Part shown: one piece after another, positions 1 to 17,286 of the stretch
Numbering within the stretch: the stretch's first letter is position 1
Layout: each line of letters starts with the position of its first letter
Assembly: GCF_009914755.1 (NCBI RefSeq)
Contig: NC_060948.1
From: the human T2T-CHM13v2.0 reference genome, Homo sapiens
DNA: 64,000 bases
Direction: 5' to 3' (one strand)
The notes under the pieces: model-generated
The model's input: the letters and a program-made list of their open reading frames with translations, nothing else
What the model was told of the DNA's origin: nothing
Databases searched by the model: none
Position numbers and translations under genes: made by a program

Positions 1-433
1 TGAGTGTGGCTGCAGCAAGGACCCTTCAAATTTTCAGAGGTACTGCAAACCTAATCATGGTCTGAGTTAATTGCGAAATAGTATAATTTTGTAACTTTTG
101 AGTTTAAGAATCATTCTGGTTTCATATGTAAGTCCAAGAGAGACAAAAGTTTTCCATCCTTCTATCTTAAGGAAAAAGATTTCTTCATAATTCAAACAGA
201 CAAGATTCTTAGGAAACTTGAAATAAGGAGAATCTACCAGTCTCTAACTTTGAAGTGAAGCCTTCATTGTTCTAGTAATTTATCTGGGGATCCTGCATAA
301 TCTAGAAATAAATGTGAGGGTGGAACAAGAACTTCCAAGGTTTATGCAAAGATGTGACAGTAGAGGGCAATGATAATGAGGCCTATGCTGTTTTTTATAT
401 CAAAAAAATTAATATCATCAAATTTTCAATTTC

Positions 434-1001
434 ATTAGTTTTCTATTGCTGCCAAAACAAAATTTAGTGGCTTAAAAACCCATTTATTATCACACAGTTT
501 TGTAGGTCAGAAGTCTGCACAGTTCTGCTGGGTTCCCTCCTCAAGTACTCAATGGTCTGAAATCAAGGAGTCTGCTATTGGCTTTTATCAGGAGCATCTG
601 GGGAAGAATCTGCTTCAAGCTCATCCAGGTTGTTGGCAGGAATCCAGCCCTGTGAGGTTTCAGGTACCCACAGCCTTGCAGGGTAGTGGCTGCTTACTGC
701 TTGCAGAAGCTCCTACATTCCTTTTCACATGGCCCTTCTGATTTTCAAACCAGCAATGAAGCATTGAGTTCTTTTCGCACTTCACATTTCTCTGGCTTCC
801 TGTCCATCATCTGCTGAGAAGGCTCTCTGCCTTCACAGGCTTATGTGATTAGCTCAGGCCCACCCAGGAAAACCTCCCTAACTTAGGTCAACTGTGGTAT
901 GTAACAGAACAATCATGCGAGAGCTATCTTGTCATATACATGGGTTCTAGAGATTAGGCGAGGACCTTTTGGGGAGGCATTTTAGAAATTCCAACTATCA
1001 C
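434..1001 (-). mobile_element. MLT1 (MaLR) solo LTR, MLT1E/F-like
   Basis: Typical antisense MLT1 motifs ttagttttctattgctg..., aatttagtggcttaaaa, ggtctgaaatcaagg, and end ttttagaaattccaactatcaca. Confidence 0.75.
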
Positions 1002-2863
1002 AAGGATCTCCCTTATAAAAAATGGTCTAATTTATCTGTAACATCCTAAAAGAAACATCCATAGCACATGGCCTCTCAGCTGCACTAGGTGATTACATAC
1101 ATTCAGAATCAGGGCAATACCAAAAGTGCTGTCTTATGCAGGGAAAAAAACAGGCGTCCATGTGACCTGGTATACATATGTGTAAGAGAGTATACTTCCA
1201 AGGAAAAATTAACTTTTAAAAGCAAGTATTAAATCACATATGTCTTCATCATATTATATGTCTTGATTTGTCTTTACCGACTACTTAATACATATAGAAC
1301 AAAAAGTTAAACATAGTCAAATACAGTATTTACATTCAGTTCATATTATAAATATTTCTGAAAAATCTCATATGCCAGATTGTGACTACCCTATCAATTT
1401 AAGGCATGTAAAATGTTAAGGCATGTAAAAATGGTATCATGTAACATCATCTCATATATTGCAGCATATGTCACTATATTTTAAAAGAAAAACCATTAAG
1501 TTCATTAAATGATAGAAATAGACTCATCTTTTGTTGTCTCTATTGTGCTACCTAATATTATTAGAATTTTAAAGCTCTTAGCATCTATGCAGACCTGCAC
1601 CTCCCTTTTGTGAATATTCCCAGCTTCTGAAGAATTTCTGGATCTTTTGGAAACTCACAAAATGCACTCATTGTAGAAGGAAATATATGGATATATTAAG
1701 GCCTCCATAAGATACCTAAGGCAAGCCATTTTATATGTATAATTGAAAACTCTTGTGATTCATAAATGCATTTGCAGCCTCCGGCATATTTTCCCTCTAG
1801 CCTTTCACATGCTGTGTACTATATAGGATGAAAATGACCAACAGGGGAATGAGGAGCTCTAAAACTTGTGTGGCTCTAGCACATGGGTCACGTTTCTCAC
1901 ATTTAATATCTATGTTTACTTTCCCCATAGCTTGGAGTTTTAGGTTCACACAGATGTGTATGGGCATCTGAAACTATGAAATACATTCAGATGATTTAAA
2001 AAAAACACAGCCTCAGTGAACACCTGAGAAAAGAAGCCTGATCAGTCCCTCCAAAATATTGTTAGAATACAGCATAGAGTATATCGTAAATTTTAAAAGT
2101 CCTTATTTAGGCCTTAAATCCTACTGTTTGAGTTTCACTCCATTTCTCTAATTGAGATTCCAGGTCTCTCCCCACTAGCCTGTCATGATGTTACTGACCA
2201 CCATTATACTTCTTTAGGAAGTAAGCTTTCCTTGAAGCCTGGGAAGAGATGGGTATTTTCATATGGTAAATGTCACAGTCCAGCAGCCTGTTTGGGTAGC
2301 AGTAACTTTAATTTTATTTGGACTAGGCTGTGAATCAAAACTTTTACAAAGGAATTAGTGAGGCTCTCCAGACCTCACATTTCATGAGGAGATAAATATT
2401 AATACTTGGGACCTAAGTAACATAGGGTAGAACTTTTTATTTCTGAGTAGATTCCACAGGCTTTTTCTCTTTTGATTCCCACAAAAACCAAAATATTAAC
2501 TCATATATTTTGGAGTGACCGATATACTAGCAAATTGCAATAAACAGGAATCTGAATTGACTTGGGAAGACCTATGGTTAGCCTTCATGTTAGAAATAAG
2601 ATTCTCAAGTGTGTGTGGCCTCTGACTCCTTTCCAGACGGCTAAATGGGATAGGAGCGGAGAGATCAAATCTCAAGCAGCAGCATTCATTCCCTGCATTT
2701 ACATTAAGCACCTGTATGTGCCCAGCCTTGTGAGTAGTACTTACAGGAATAAAATCGACAATTACAGAATCTAAGACATGGCTCTCTGATCTCAAAGAGC
2801 TCTTCTTTGAGGAGGTAAAATATGCACACTCATAAAACAAATAGAATGTAATTCAAGAAAGTT

Positions 2864-3177
<314 letters not shown>

Positions 3178-3739
3178 TCAAATGTTAGACCATCTAGTAC
3201 ATACAGTAAATAAAAAGGGGTAGTTAGGAAAGGGAGAGACCAATACTGACTAGATATTCTGGGCAAGGCGATAATGGAAGGAACAAACTTAGTGGATACA
3301 TCAGCTTGAAGTCTGAAACTGGATGGTCATGAAAAATGACACTATTATGTGTGACTTGTAAGTGATCTTACATAAGTTGGGGCCTTGAAAGGGCCACAGT
3401 CATCCCAAAGTGCTACTCTGCCTTGAAAGATGAAATTTAGAAGGATAAAGAACTGAAGCTTTCTTTGATTCTTCCACTTTCATACCCCTAGTAGGGAACT
3501 TGAGTCTTCAAATGCACAAGTTTCTTATTTAGGGGGCTAAACCACCTCCCAGAGCAGAATAGGTATTTTAAAATGTAGACTTTTGGGACAGGGGATGCTT
3601 TTGTAGTTTATTTTCTTGGTTTTGGCAGGGAAGGGTCTCCTCAGATGAGAAAAATCTCAGTAATTCAGGCCCTGCTAATTCAGAACTTGTTACAATTTAA
3701 CAGGTCCTGAGTTTTATCATAGACACTTGTAAATACTAA

Positions 3740-3744
<5 letters not shown>

Positions 3745-3807
<63 letters not shown>
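3745..3807. repeat. Compound (TA)n(GA)n microsatellite at the tail position of an antisense Alu fragment
   Basis: Direct reading. Confidence 0.95.
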
Positions 3808-3809
<2 letters not shown>

Positions 3810-3933
3810 TTGCGTTGTCAGAGTGTACTGGCATGATCATCGCTCACTGCTACCTCTATTTCCTGGGCTCAAAGTGATCCTTCTGCCTCAGCCTTCTGAG
3901 TATCTGGGACTACATGCATGCACCACCACACCT
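3808..3933 (-). mobile_element. Alu (J-like) monomer fragment
   Basis: ctcactgc...cctgggctcaaagtgatccttctgcctcagcc...gggactac. Confidence 0.8.
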
Positions 3934-3962
3934 ATTTTAAAATGATGTAAAATTCTGACTTT

Positions 3963-4222
3963 GGCTGGGCACAGTGGCTCACACCTGTAAGCGCAGCACC
4001 TTGGGACGCTGAGGCAGGAGGATCACTTGAGGTTGGGAGTTTGAGACCAGCTTGGTCAACAAGTTAGTGAGGCCCCAGCACACCTATAGTCCCAGCTATT
4101 AGGGAGGCTGAGGCAAGAGAATTGCTTGAGGCCAGGAGTTTGAGACTGCAGTGAGCCATGATGGTGCTACTGTACTCCAGCCTGGGTGACAGAGCGAGAT
4201 CCTGTCTCAAAAAAAAAAAAAA
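3963..4222 (+). mobile_element. AluJ with internal deletion
   Basis: Alu motifs; TSD aaaattctgacttt on both sides. Confidence 0.88.
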
Positions 4223-4404
4223 TTCTGACTTTTTACTAATCTAGGTTTGTTTGTTCCTGTTATTCTGTTACATTTTTCCTTAAGATAGCTTTTGTTGTCA
4301 TCATCTCTCTTTCCAAGTCAGATTCAGTAGTCAGGGATACTGGTAATAATCTAGGAGCTATTTAAAGAAGAGACAGTAGTTTCACTAGAACAGTTACATG
4401 CCTT

Positions 4405-4630
4405 ACTGGTTAAGGCTGAGGCTCTTGATCCAGATAGCTGGCTCCAGCATTTACTAAGTTATGTGATCTTACATGATTACTTAACTTCTCTGTTCAGTGT
4501 CCTTGTCATTAAAATGAGATAGTTAACTTGGTGTTTATGGTTATCAAACGTATTAAATGAGACAATAAATGTAAGTGCTTGGTACAGCACTGACAAAGAG
4601 TAAATGTTCAATAAATTTTAGCTATTGATA
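4405..4630 (+). mobile_element. MIR SINE
   Basis: Core ttactaagttatgtgatct...ttacttaacttctctg; 3' end gttcaataaat. Confidence 0.65.
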
Positions 4631-5689
4631 TTACTACAGTCCTCCATACTTTTTTTTATTCTCTCTCGTCCCTCTTTGGTCTTTTGGTTCTCCCAATGTT
4701 TGTTGGCTGCAAGAGGAATAAGCTCAAATAAATTCCTCAGCACTCAAGTAAAGGGTTTTGATTATTTGTAGATTTTGATTAACCAGGCTAATTCCTACTT
4801 CCCTTTCTAATCTACACACATTTAAGGTCATTATTTTACTGTCTGGATGGATATATGTACTTTCAGACAACCAACTATGTAAAGTTGATTTTGGAAATCA
4901 ATGCAAAACATTTTTTAAAATGCTATAATATACTCTCATCTATTTTATAACTTTATTTAAATCTAGAATATTTAACTTTTCATACAACTTTTAAAATAGC
5001 CACTTGCAATTTTATGTACAACTCCTATATGAAAATGTTGCTTTCATAATGAACTATGAGAGGTTAAAGTCCAGACACACTTTCAGTATCTTTATCTAAT
5101 CATGTCACTGGTAGAACTCTTTCCATGCTGTGTAACCAAAGAAGGCTGTTGGATTTTGGAACTGTTATGAGAACTAACATTCCAGTTGTGGATAACCGTC
5201 ACTCACTGCATGATAACCAGGTCAAGAATGGAATAAAAAGGAGGCTTAAAAGAAATAAAAAGCTGATGAAAGCCAACTCTGATTGTTTCCCTTTGGTCTT
5301 CTTATAGTAATAAATTGCCAGCTCACCCAAATATTAACAGATTAAGAAAAGAAATTAAAAACCAATGCTGAATAGTCTGGGAACTTTTCCAAACTTTAAA
5401 AAATAATCCCTTGTCACACAACTGGTTAGGTACTGAAGACAAAACTAGAATGCAACACAAAACTCATAACCAATTGACCCTTAACTAAATTTCTGAATCC
5501 TTTGAGAACTGAAACTCATCACCGTAACATAAGTTTGACCACAATACCTCTGAACAAAGAAACCAGATACAAGACCTGCTGTCTTCCTGCATGTGATTCC
5601 ACTGGTGATGGAATAGGAAAGCACCATTAGAAAAAGAAACATATCTCTTATCTGCTTGTGGTTACTCCTCTTGAGGTTTACTCTCAGCC

Positions 5690-7000
<1,311 letters not shown>

Positions 7001-7218
7001 GAGGATTCACAATAGGGCAGGTGGCTTTGATACACATTTATCATGGAACTAAAAATTAGAGTAGAAGGGCAGGACACCGCTTGCAGGAAAGGGAGCTGAT
7101 GTCTTCGAAGCTCCCAGTCTCTCTGGTCAACAAACCAAGACTTCAGATGCCATCTCCCCCAGCTCTATGTAGGACATGAGTTAACTAGGCCAGTCTCTAC
7201 TAAGAATTCATGTAATGG

Positions 7219-9425
<2,207 letters not shown>

Positions 9426-10920
9426 AAGAATTCATGTAATGGGTCCTAATGGGAAAGCTACTTTTATTCCCACAGGTTTTACTATTCTAGGAAGATTCCT
9501 TGGGCTTAACAATTACTGCTATTGATTTTCCTTGAGTGAAATAAAAAACCCCAAAAACAAATACACTCCTGGTTTTAATTAGGCAGAAAAAAATGGTTAA
9601 CAGATTGCACTCTTAATTAGCATTGTTCATCCAAGTGTTTCTCATTCCATGACAACGGATTATAAAGTGGAGTAAAAATGGATTCCAGATTGGTAGTGCA
9701 TCAGATGTAGTGTTGGATGTATAGAGGATATGATAATATGCTAAAGAACTGTTTGGTACTTGTCAGAGGAAGGCACAAAGCACACGCAAGAAGTAATTAT
9801 CAACACTGACAGTCTGGAAGGCAAAGGGGCAGAATGTCTCTGGCTTGCTAACCAAAGTTGTTACGTAGACAAGCTCTGATGAAGGCAATAATCCTTTATC
9901 ATCCAATTATTTATCAAATGTACCCTAATTAGTTTGTAGGACTGGTTATAAAACAAAGCTTATTGATTAAATGTTCCCTTTATGCACATTAATGGCTGAC
10001 TGAAAAATATTATGTAAAATCTCTGTAATTTTTTGTTTTTGTCATTTTTTAAAATTGAGATGTTAGAACTGAAGGAATAGCAATCCAGACTAAATGGGAA
10101 AATGCTACTGATCTTGCTTTATAAATGCAGGTCAAATCCTATTATAACAAATACCAGTTCAATGAAAATGTGCCTAATTAAAAGATTCCCAGGGTTCAGC
10201 TGATGACCCACTTACTTCAAGATTTATTCAATATAATAAATATCAGATAAGCACTACAATTTGGACATCCTCTAGTATTTGTTTCCTTTAAATATACCCT
10301 GCATTGAAAAAATTTTAAATTAGCAAATAAGAAAAATTTGAGAATACTGACCAAAGATTACCTGGCTCTTACTTTTAGGATAATTTAAAAATGCTAAACC
10401 ATCTAAATTGAGTAGTTCCTAATTTATAGAATTTATAAACGTTAGACCCAATAATATACATAGTAATTAAAAACCAAGAGCTACAAGTGTCTAATGTATT
10501 TGCAGTTCAGAATTTTTTCTTTAACTACAAAGACTCAAAAGAAAAATAATTTTTTTTATGTTGGAAAATTACTGTCAAAAGAAAGTTTTACTACTAATTG
10601 TATGAACCCAGCATCTTATATTAGGGTTATTTTGTGGTATGAGAAAAGAGACTGAGCTTTCAAATTCTCATCAATATCTACCTGGTGTGGTTCCCATTAG
10701 AAATGCAAGTGAATCTGAAAGTTTTTCCACTTTTCCTGAGTAACAAATCAGAGATGATCAGAGCTGTTACTAAGGGAACTTCTCAACTTTTAGACACAAA
10801 AAAGATACTGAACTAATGGAAACTTCATATGAAAGCCAAAAGTAGCAGTAAAAAAAATTATTTCATTATTTAGGATCAACAGACTCCAAAACAGCAATAT
10901 TAGGAGCATACCACTTATAA

Positions 10921-11362
<442 letters not shown>

Positions 11363-11706
11363 TAAAAATATTTATTATTTTCAAAATACAAAGTAGAGAA
11401 GGTAAACAAAAATCTTTTTGGCTGGTGAGGACATGCACTATCTTCTACATGAGTGATTTTTCATTAGGGAGTATATCAGCTGCTGTTACAAGTTTAAAAG
11501 TAAACATATATAATAAAGGTTTGTTTTCTAGTCACTGAAAAATCATCCTGCCTTTTGTTTTCTCAAGTTAAAAATAATAACTTGTTTGACTTACAGTTTA
11601 TAGTTTGCCTTTACTACTGCTTGAACATTTGACGAAAGGTACAGTGTCCAAAATATTCTCTCCATGTGAATAGCTATTATTTTAAAATTCTCTCTGAGGA
11701 TATTTT

Positions 11707-11716
11707 CCTTATATGG
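11707..11716. promoter_or_regulatory. Perfect CArG box (SRF) CCTTATATGG, about 2.8 kb into the sm-M20 first intron
   Basis: Exact CC(A/T)6GG in non-repeat sequence. Several such matches are expected by chance in 64 kb, so function is unproven. Confidence 0.35.
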
Positions 11717-12294
11717 GGGCATTTACTCTTTAGCCCTGTTAACAACACTCAAAAAACAATCAAACTTTTAACTGCTGGCTGAAATTTCAATCTTCCGTTT
11801 TGAAGAATGTTGGATCAGGTGCTGTCCCTCTGTAACTCTGTGCCATCTCTAGAAGAAACTGTATGTATGTATACAAACAAGTCAAAGAAGTTTGGAAGAG
11901 GACAGTAAGAGAGCTGTCCTGACTTTAACTCTGAAATGCACACAGAAACTTCCCAGTATCTTTACTGTAAAGACTCAAGCATTTCCACTTTTCTAGAGAA
12001 ATACAAAGACCCTGAAGCCCACAAGCTCTCAGATTCTGTGGGCTCCATGGTCCCAGAGAGTATGACTGGGATTTGAGAACCAGGCATAGGAGATTCAGTT
12101 ATGGCCTGCCAATTCCCTCCCTTGGCCTATAAATACAGTTTCCCTCCTTCCTGCAATTTCAGTTTCCTGTGTCTCCATCAAGGATACATTTTGGACTCCC
12201 ACAGCTACTTAAGCTTTTAACTGTCATCTTTGTCCTTTAGCATGTTCTTAAACTTGACCTTCAAATATATTTGAGACGTACTCCAATGTTGCTG

Positions 12295-12455
12295 GGAATA
12301 TGGGGTTTTAGAGTCAGAGAGCTTGGTGCTTTAATCAAGGCTCTGCTGCTTACTAGTTGAGCAATGCTGGGCAAGCCATTTCTCTTCTATGTACCTCAGT
12401 TTCCTCATATGTAAAATAGGGATACCAATACCCACCTTTCAGGGTGGCTGAGGAT
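12295..12455 (+). mobile_element. MIR SINE
   Basis: tagagtcagagagcttgg...cctcagtttcctcatatgtaaaataggg. Confidence 0.75.
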
Positions 12456-14516
12456 CAGCCAGTTGCAACCAGGCATCAAAAGGCATATGAGCACAACACC
12501 ACCATCACAAAACCAGTTGTTAAAATACACTCAAAACCAGTTTTTAAAGACTACCCTAATTAGTTGGACATGAGAGAAAATGAACTAGGTTAAGGGAGAT
12601 CTTGCGAGATGAAATCTTCATTTTATACCCAGTCCTTAGTGTCAGCAGCCACCAAATGAGTCTTGCATATCTTTCTCTGACATTAAAGACATAAGCAACA
12701 TAATGGAACATGAGTGGTATATGAAAATCAACATTCTCTTTATTATAGTCTCAAGTCATTTGGACACTGGAAGTTAGTTAGAGTAAGTTGATGGTATTGT
12801 AGGAATCCACAGCCAGTGACCACTAAAATTGGGAAGCAGTATCTTATTAAGCCGTCTATGTTTTAGTTTCCTGTAATTCAGATTTTCTCCCACTGTGACC
12901 TCTGTCTAAAAGGCAGGGATGAGGGGTGGTGAAACGAGGGTAGGGAGGTTGGATGGCAGCTGTTAGAAGTGAGACAAGACGAAAGCAGTACCTAACTCTA
13001 AGAAAGCAAAGGAGAAACAGAAAGGGAAAATGGAGGAAGATCACCTAACAGGTTATTGTTGACTGCTCACCACATTGCTCTGGAACTATGGTTATAGTGG
13101 TGAAGAGACATTAATAAGGGGCTCTTTACAACTAAAGGTACTACACAGTATAAGAGGGAAGGGAGCAAAGTTAAACACTAACTGAAGTAAGGTGTTCAGT
13201 TTTGCGGACCTCAATTGGTAGCCACCAAAAAATACCCAACAGCTAGTGGGGTGAAAGCATTCTGTGGCTCCTTGGGAAAAAGAGGTACCAGTCTATGTGT
13301 TGAAGAGACACTCCTGGAACTCGATGACAGTAACATATATATTGGAGCCCCTCTTGGTGCTCTCACAAAAACTTGTGAATAAAATAACTTCGTAACAATA
13401 TTCTTTTGGTATTCTCATCCCTAGCTGAGGTCTTAGACCAACATGCCATATACCAAATTCCACTACATGGTAATTTATACTGGTAAGAAAGACATTGAAA
13501 ATGCATACAAAATAATTGGGGAAAAAAACCCCACACTAGTCTATCCAGGCTTCTTGCAAATTTTCTCCCCATAGCTCCCTAAATAAGGAAGCTATGGCCG
13601 TCCTTCTTCTTACTCTGTATATACAGCAAAGCACAATCTAGTTCCTGAAAAAGTAACTGCTACATTGCCTGCTACCTAATATGCCCATCAGAGCTTCTCA
13701 TCCCTTGCTATTGGTAGCAGTTGTTGCTTTTGTCAGCTTCCCACAGAGGAAGACACTAAATCAGATGCAAATGCCTATATGTAAATCTCTTCGCTGAGAC
13801 ATTCATTAGAGAAAATGGAGAAAAGTCCCAAATGGCTCTACCTAGGACATCGCAAACACCTCCATACAGCTGGTTGTCAATGGCCAAGAGTTAGTTCTTT
13901 GGCTTTTAAGCAAGAAATTTCCTGAAGGTACTTGGTGATTAAGGAGTAAGATTCCAAGTGGCCATAACTCCTTGCTCCTTGCTCATTTTGGTCTTTCTCA
14001 CAGACAGACATACAAACTAGGCAAAAGCATACTCTACCTCACATACATACACACACAAATACACACACAGAACTTGCTAAACTGAAGTTTAATGTATATA
14101 GTTGTGTGGCCATTTAGGAGGTTTTTCTCTTGAAACATAGTATTGACCCATAAAACACAAGAAAGGCAGTGACTAAAATAGCTGTAGAAATTAAGAAAAG
14201 CCTTGTAAGATAAAGTGATAAGGACTGTAAAATCTTACTGTTAAGCAGTTTACAACTGATAGTTAAAAGCTAAAAGGCAGAAACTGTAGCCCGACATATT
14301 TAAGTCTGCTTTTACTTAAGACTACATTAAGTATTATGAACCATAACCTCTTGCAGAGAAACTTACAGGGTCTTTACTTGCAATTTTTTTTCCTGTACTG
14401 ATTCCCATATGCTCTGAAGTCCCTTTGCTCTAAACCTAATGCCCCAAGTTATATATACACACATTCTCTACCTTTGACACAGCTATGAACATATGTAAAT
14501 AAAAAATGCTGCTTAG

Positions 14517-14618
14517 TCAGAGCATCTTGGCAGTCAGGGAGGGAGATGCCGGGGGAGAATCAGACTGAGGTTTCCTATTCCTAGTGAATTCTTTACTTCG
14601 GGTATATAAAGAGGACAT
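14517..14618 (-). pseudogene. PPP1R12B: Coding part of the alternative first exon of the smooth-muscle M20 isoform, disabled
   Basis: gaaccATG...: [33 protein letters not shown] versus recalled sm-M20 [34 protein letters not shown]. Last codon is TGA and is followed by ctaagc instead of a gtaagc donor. Confidence 0.88.
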
Positions 14619-16470
14619 GGTTCCTCAGGATGCAGATAGACACGCAACCACTGGATTCTTCACACAAAGCTGGGAAATTTCCCCTTTAGGTTACCCTCAC
14701 AGAATCTCTCCTTTTGACTTGATGCAAGATGACTTTGGATAGAACTAAATAAAGGATAAAAGCTGCCCTGTAAATTATAGTCTTGAGCTCTGAACCAGTC
14801 CCCAGTTACACAGAGTCTGAGTTCCATCAATATTTTCAATTCAGTTTTGACCACAGGTTCTCAGGACTGGTAGCTTACCGTAGAGGGTATTGTGCTGAGC
14901 AACACCTTTTATGCCTAGATTAAGTCCTTGATTCTCCTCAAAGCACACTTCTTATTGAGGCTTGCTCTCCAATAAAACCTGAGTGTAGGTTCCTGATGAC
15001 ACCAGATTAAATACTGGAGGAAAGACCACCTTGGATCCTGCTGGCAGTGAGTCTGGGATCTACTATCACTTTATCCAGAGGGAAGAAATACAAATCCTGT
15101 GGAAATCATGCTGTCCTTCCTTAGCTTGACTCCACTGGGCTGTAAGGCATTTGGAACTACTATGATAAAATCAGGTCAGACAACTTAAAAATCAAAAACA
15201 AAAAAACGATAAATAAGGAACCAAGAGTTTATAAGAAGGAAGCAGTCTGAGGAAGTCAGGTTTCCCTAAGTCCTCCCAGATGAAGCTGCTTTTACATATA
15301 AACACTCACAGTCATACACACATCTTTTCCCCTCCCCTCTTCTATTTTCTGACATTCCAAACTCCTATTCACTCAGTGAAGAATGCTAGAGAGGAGCCAA
15401 GGGCAAAGATTCACTTTCAACTCAGAATTCGGGTTGCCACTTGTAGGAGGAAAAGAAAGCCTGCCAGCTTCTAGGAATAAAGGGAGGCTCTTTGGGGGCA
15501 TGCTCAGGGGCAAACCTCACCAACCTTCCAGTGTCCCCTGCCTCAGAGTAGGCAGCAGTCTCTAAGGCTGATTGCTCTGACTACTATGAGAAGGGGGATT
15601 TTTCAACTTCCAGATCTCTTAAGTAACAATGCCCAGACAGAAAAATTAGTCAAAGCACCTTCAGGCCCTTAATGTTCAATTTTAATGAGATGCCATTCCT
15701 GTTGCACCGTGAGGAAGCAAATTGAAGCTCTGGCTCACTGCAAAGAAAGTTATCTGTCCATTAAAGACATTACTGGCTGGATCTGTAAGTATAAAGCTTA
15801 CCAGAGTTGCCTAAGATGCCACAATCGGGAAAATGACAGTGGAAAGTGGTATAAAGGTGAGGGAAAAGAAAGAAGGGCCAGAAATGAAGAGAGAAAACAG
15901 ACAGTAGTGCAATTGCAAGGCTACAAGACTCAGTAGTACAGGGAAAATGAAATTAAAAAGAGAGGAATTTATTTGCATCGTGTTAAAGGATTTTGGATTT
16001 GACCTGGAAGAAACATCTAAAATTTAATCTTTTGCACTCTGTTGTTACCACTACACTAACCAAAATTTCTAGGCCAAATGTTTTCTAAGCCAACGGGTTT
16101 ATCCCCAAAGTAACAACCGTCTTTTCTCTGGACTCTTGGAAACTCTAACCTGTTTTCCCTTTTTCCACATGAAATTTATACTTTTCACTTCAAACTTTCT
16201 CAACATGCTATTCTTTTCCCTCTAATTGCCTTGACAACTTCTTTACTCCTATGATTAACTTTGTGAAATTAAATCAAGGGAAGTGATCAGCTACTTGGAA
16301 GTTGGTCTGAGGAATATAGGTTGAAAAGAGTTTTACAAACTCATTCTTTTAGATTGAGAGTGAATCAGAACCCCTTTATTAGGGATCCTGGAAATTACTC
16401 AGTCTTCCTTAAGAAGACTGATAAATTCTATCATAAACTAGAATACACTGTGTCTCAAAGGCCAACTGTT

Positions 16471-16787
16471 GCCAGGTGCGATGGCTCACGCCTGTAATCC
16501 CAGAACTTTGGGAGGCCGAGGTGGGTAGATCACCTAAGGTCAGGAGTTCAAGACCAGCCTGACCAACATGGTGAAACCCTGTCTCTACTAAAAATACAAA
16601 AAATTAGTCAGGTGTTGTGGGGGGCACCTGTAGTCCCAGCTATTGCACAGGAGGCTGAGGCAGGAGAATCACTTGAAACAGTGAGGCAGAAGTTGTGGTA
16701 AGCCGAGATCGTGCCATTGCACTCTAGCCTGGGCGACAAGAACAAAACTCTGTCTCAAAAACAAACAAACAAACAAACAAAATAAAA
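16471..16787 (+). mobile_element. AluS (Sx/Sq-like)
   Basis: Full dimer, (aaac)n tail. Confidence 0.92.
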
Positions 16788-17286
16788 AGCAAATTATATT
16801 GGGAATTCAGATCGTATATGATATATATTATGGATATAGCTTATATAGCTAATCTCATCTGATAAGGTGAGTCTCCATTAGATCTTTTCACTTAAAGAAA
16901 TACTGATGTAAACCTAAATACTAACATTCCCATGCTTGGTAGCATGACTGGCTAGGGAAAGGTTAGTGACACTTTTCTGATATGTTGAATGAAAGTCACC
17001 AGTTTATATTATTCCTTAAAGGCATGGCAAGAACAACTTGATCAGACACAGTTTCCTGACCTGTTTCTGTAAGATTCATACAGTGATTTCACACTCACTG
17101 GCAATTAGAGAGGGAATGTAAACCTCTTTTACTCCAAACTGGCCTCTTTGTCTCTTTTTACTTCTATCTTATGTCCACTTCTAGGAAGTAGTAACAATGA
17201 CAAACTCTTTTATATTTTATAAAGTGTTTTAACATATATTATCTCACCTGATCCTCTCAACCACACTGAAAATGTATACTACTGTA

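Noticed and set aside
1400-1433. 17-bp tandem duplication (taaggcatgtaaaatg) and a similar one at about 24864-24891
   Set aside because: Ordinary slippage micro-duplications.
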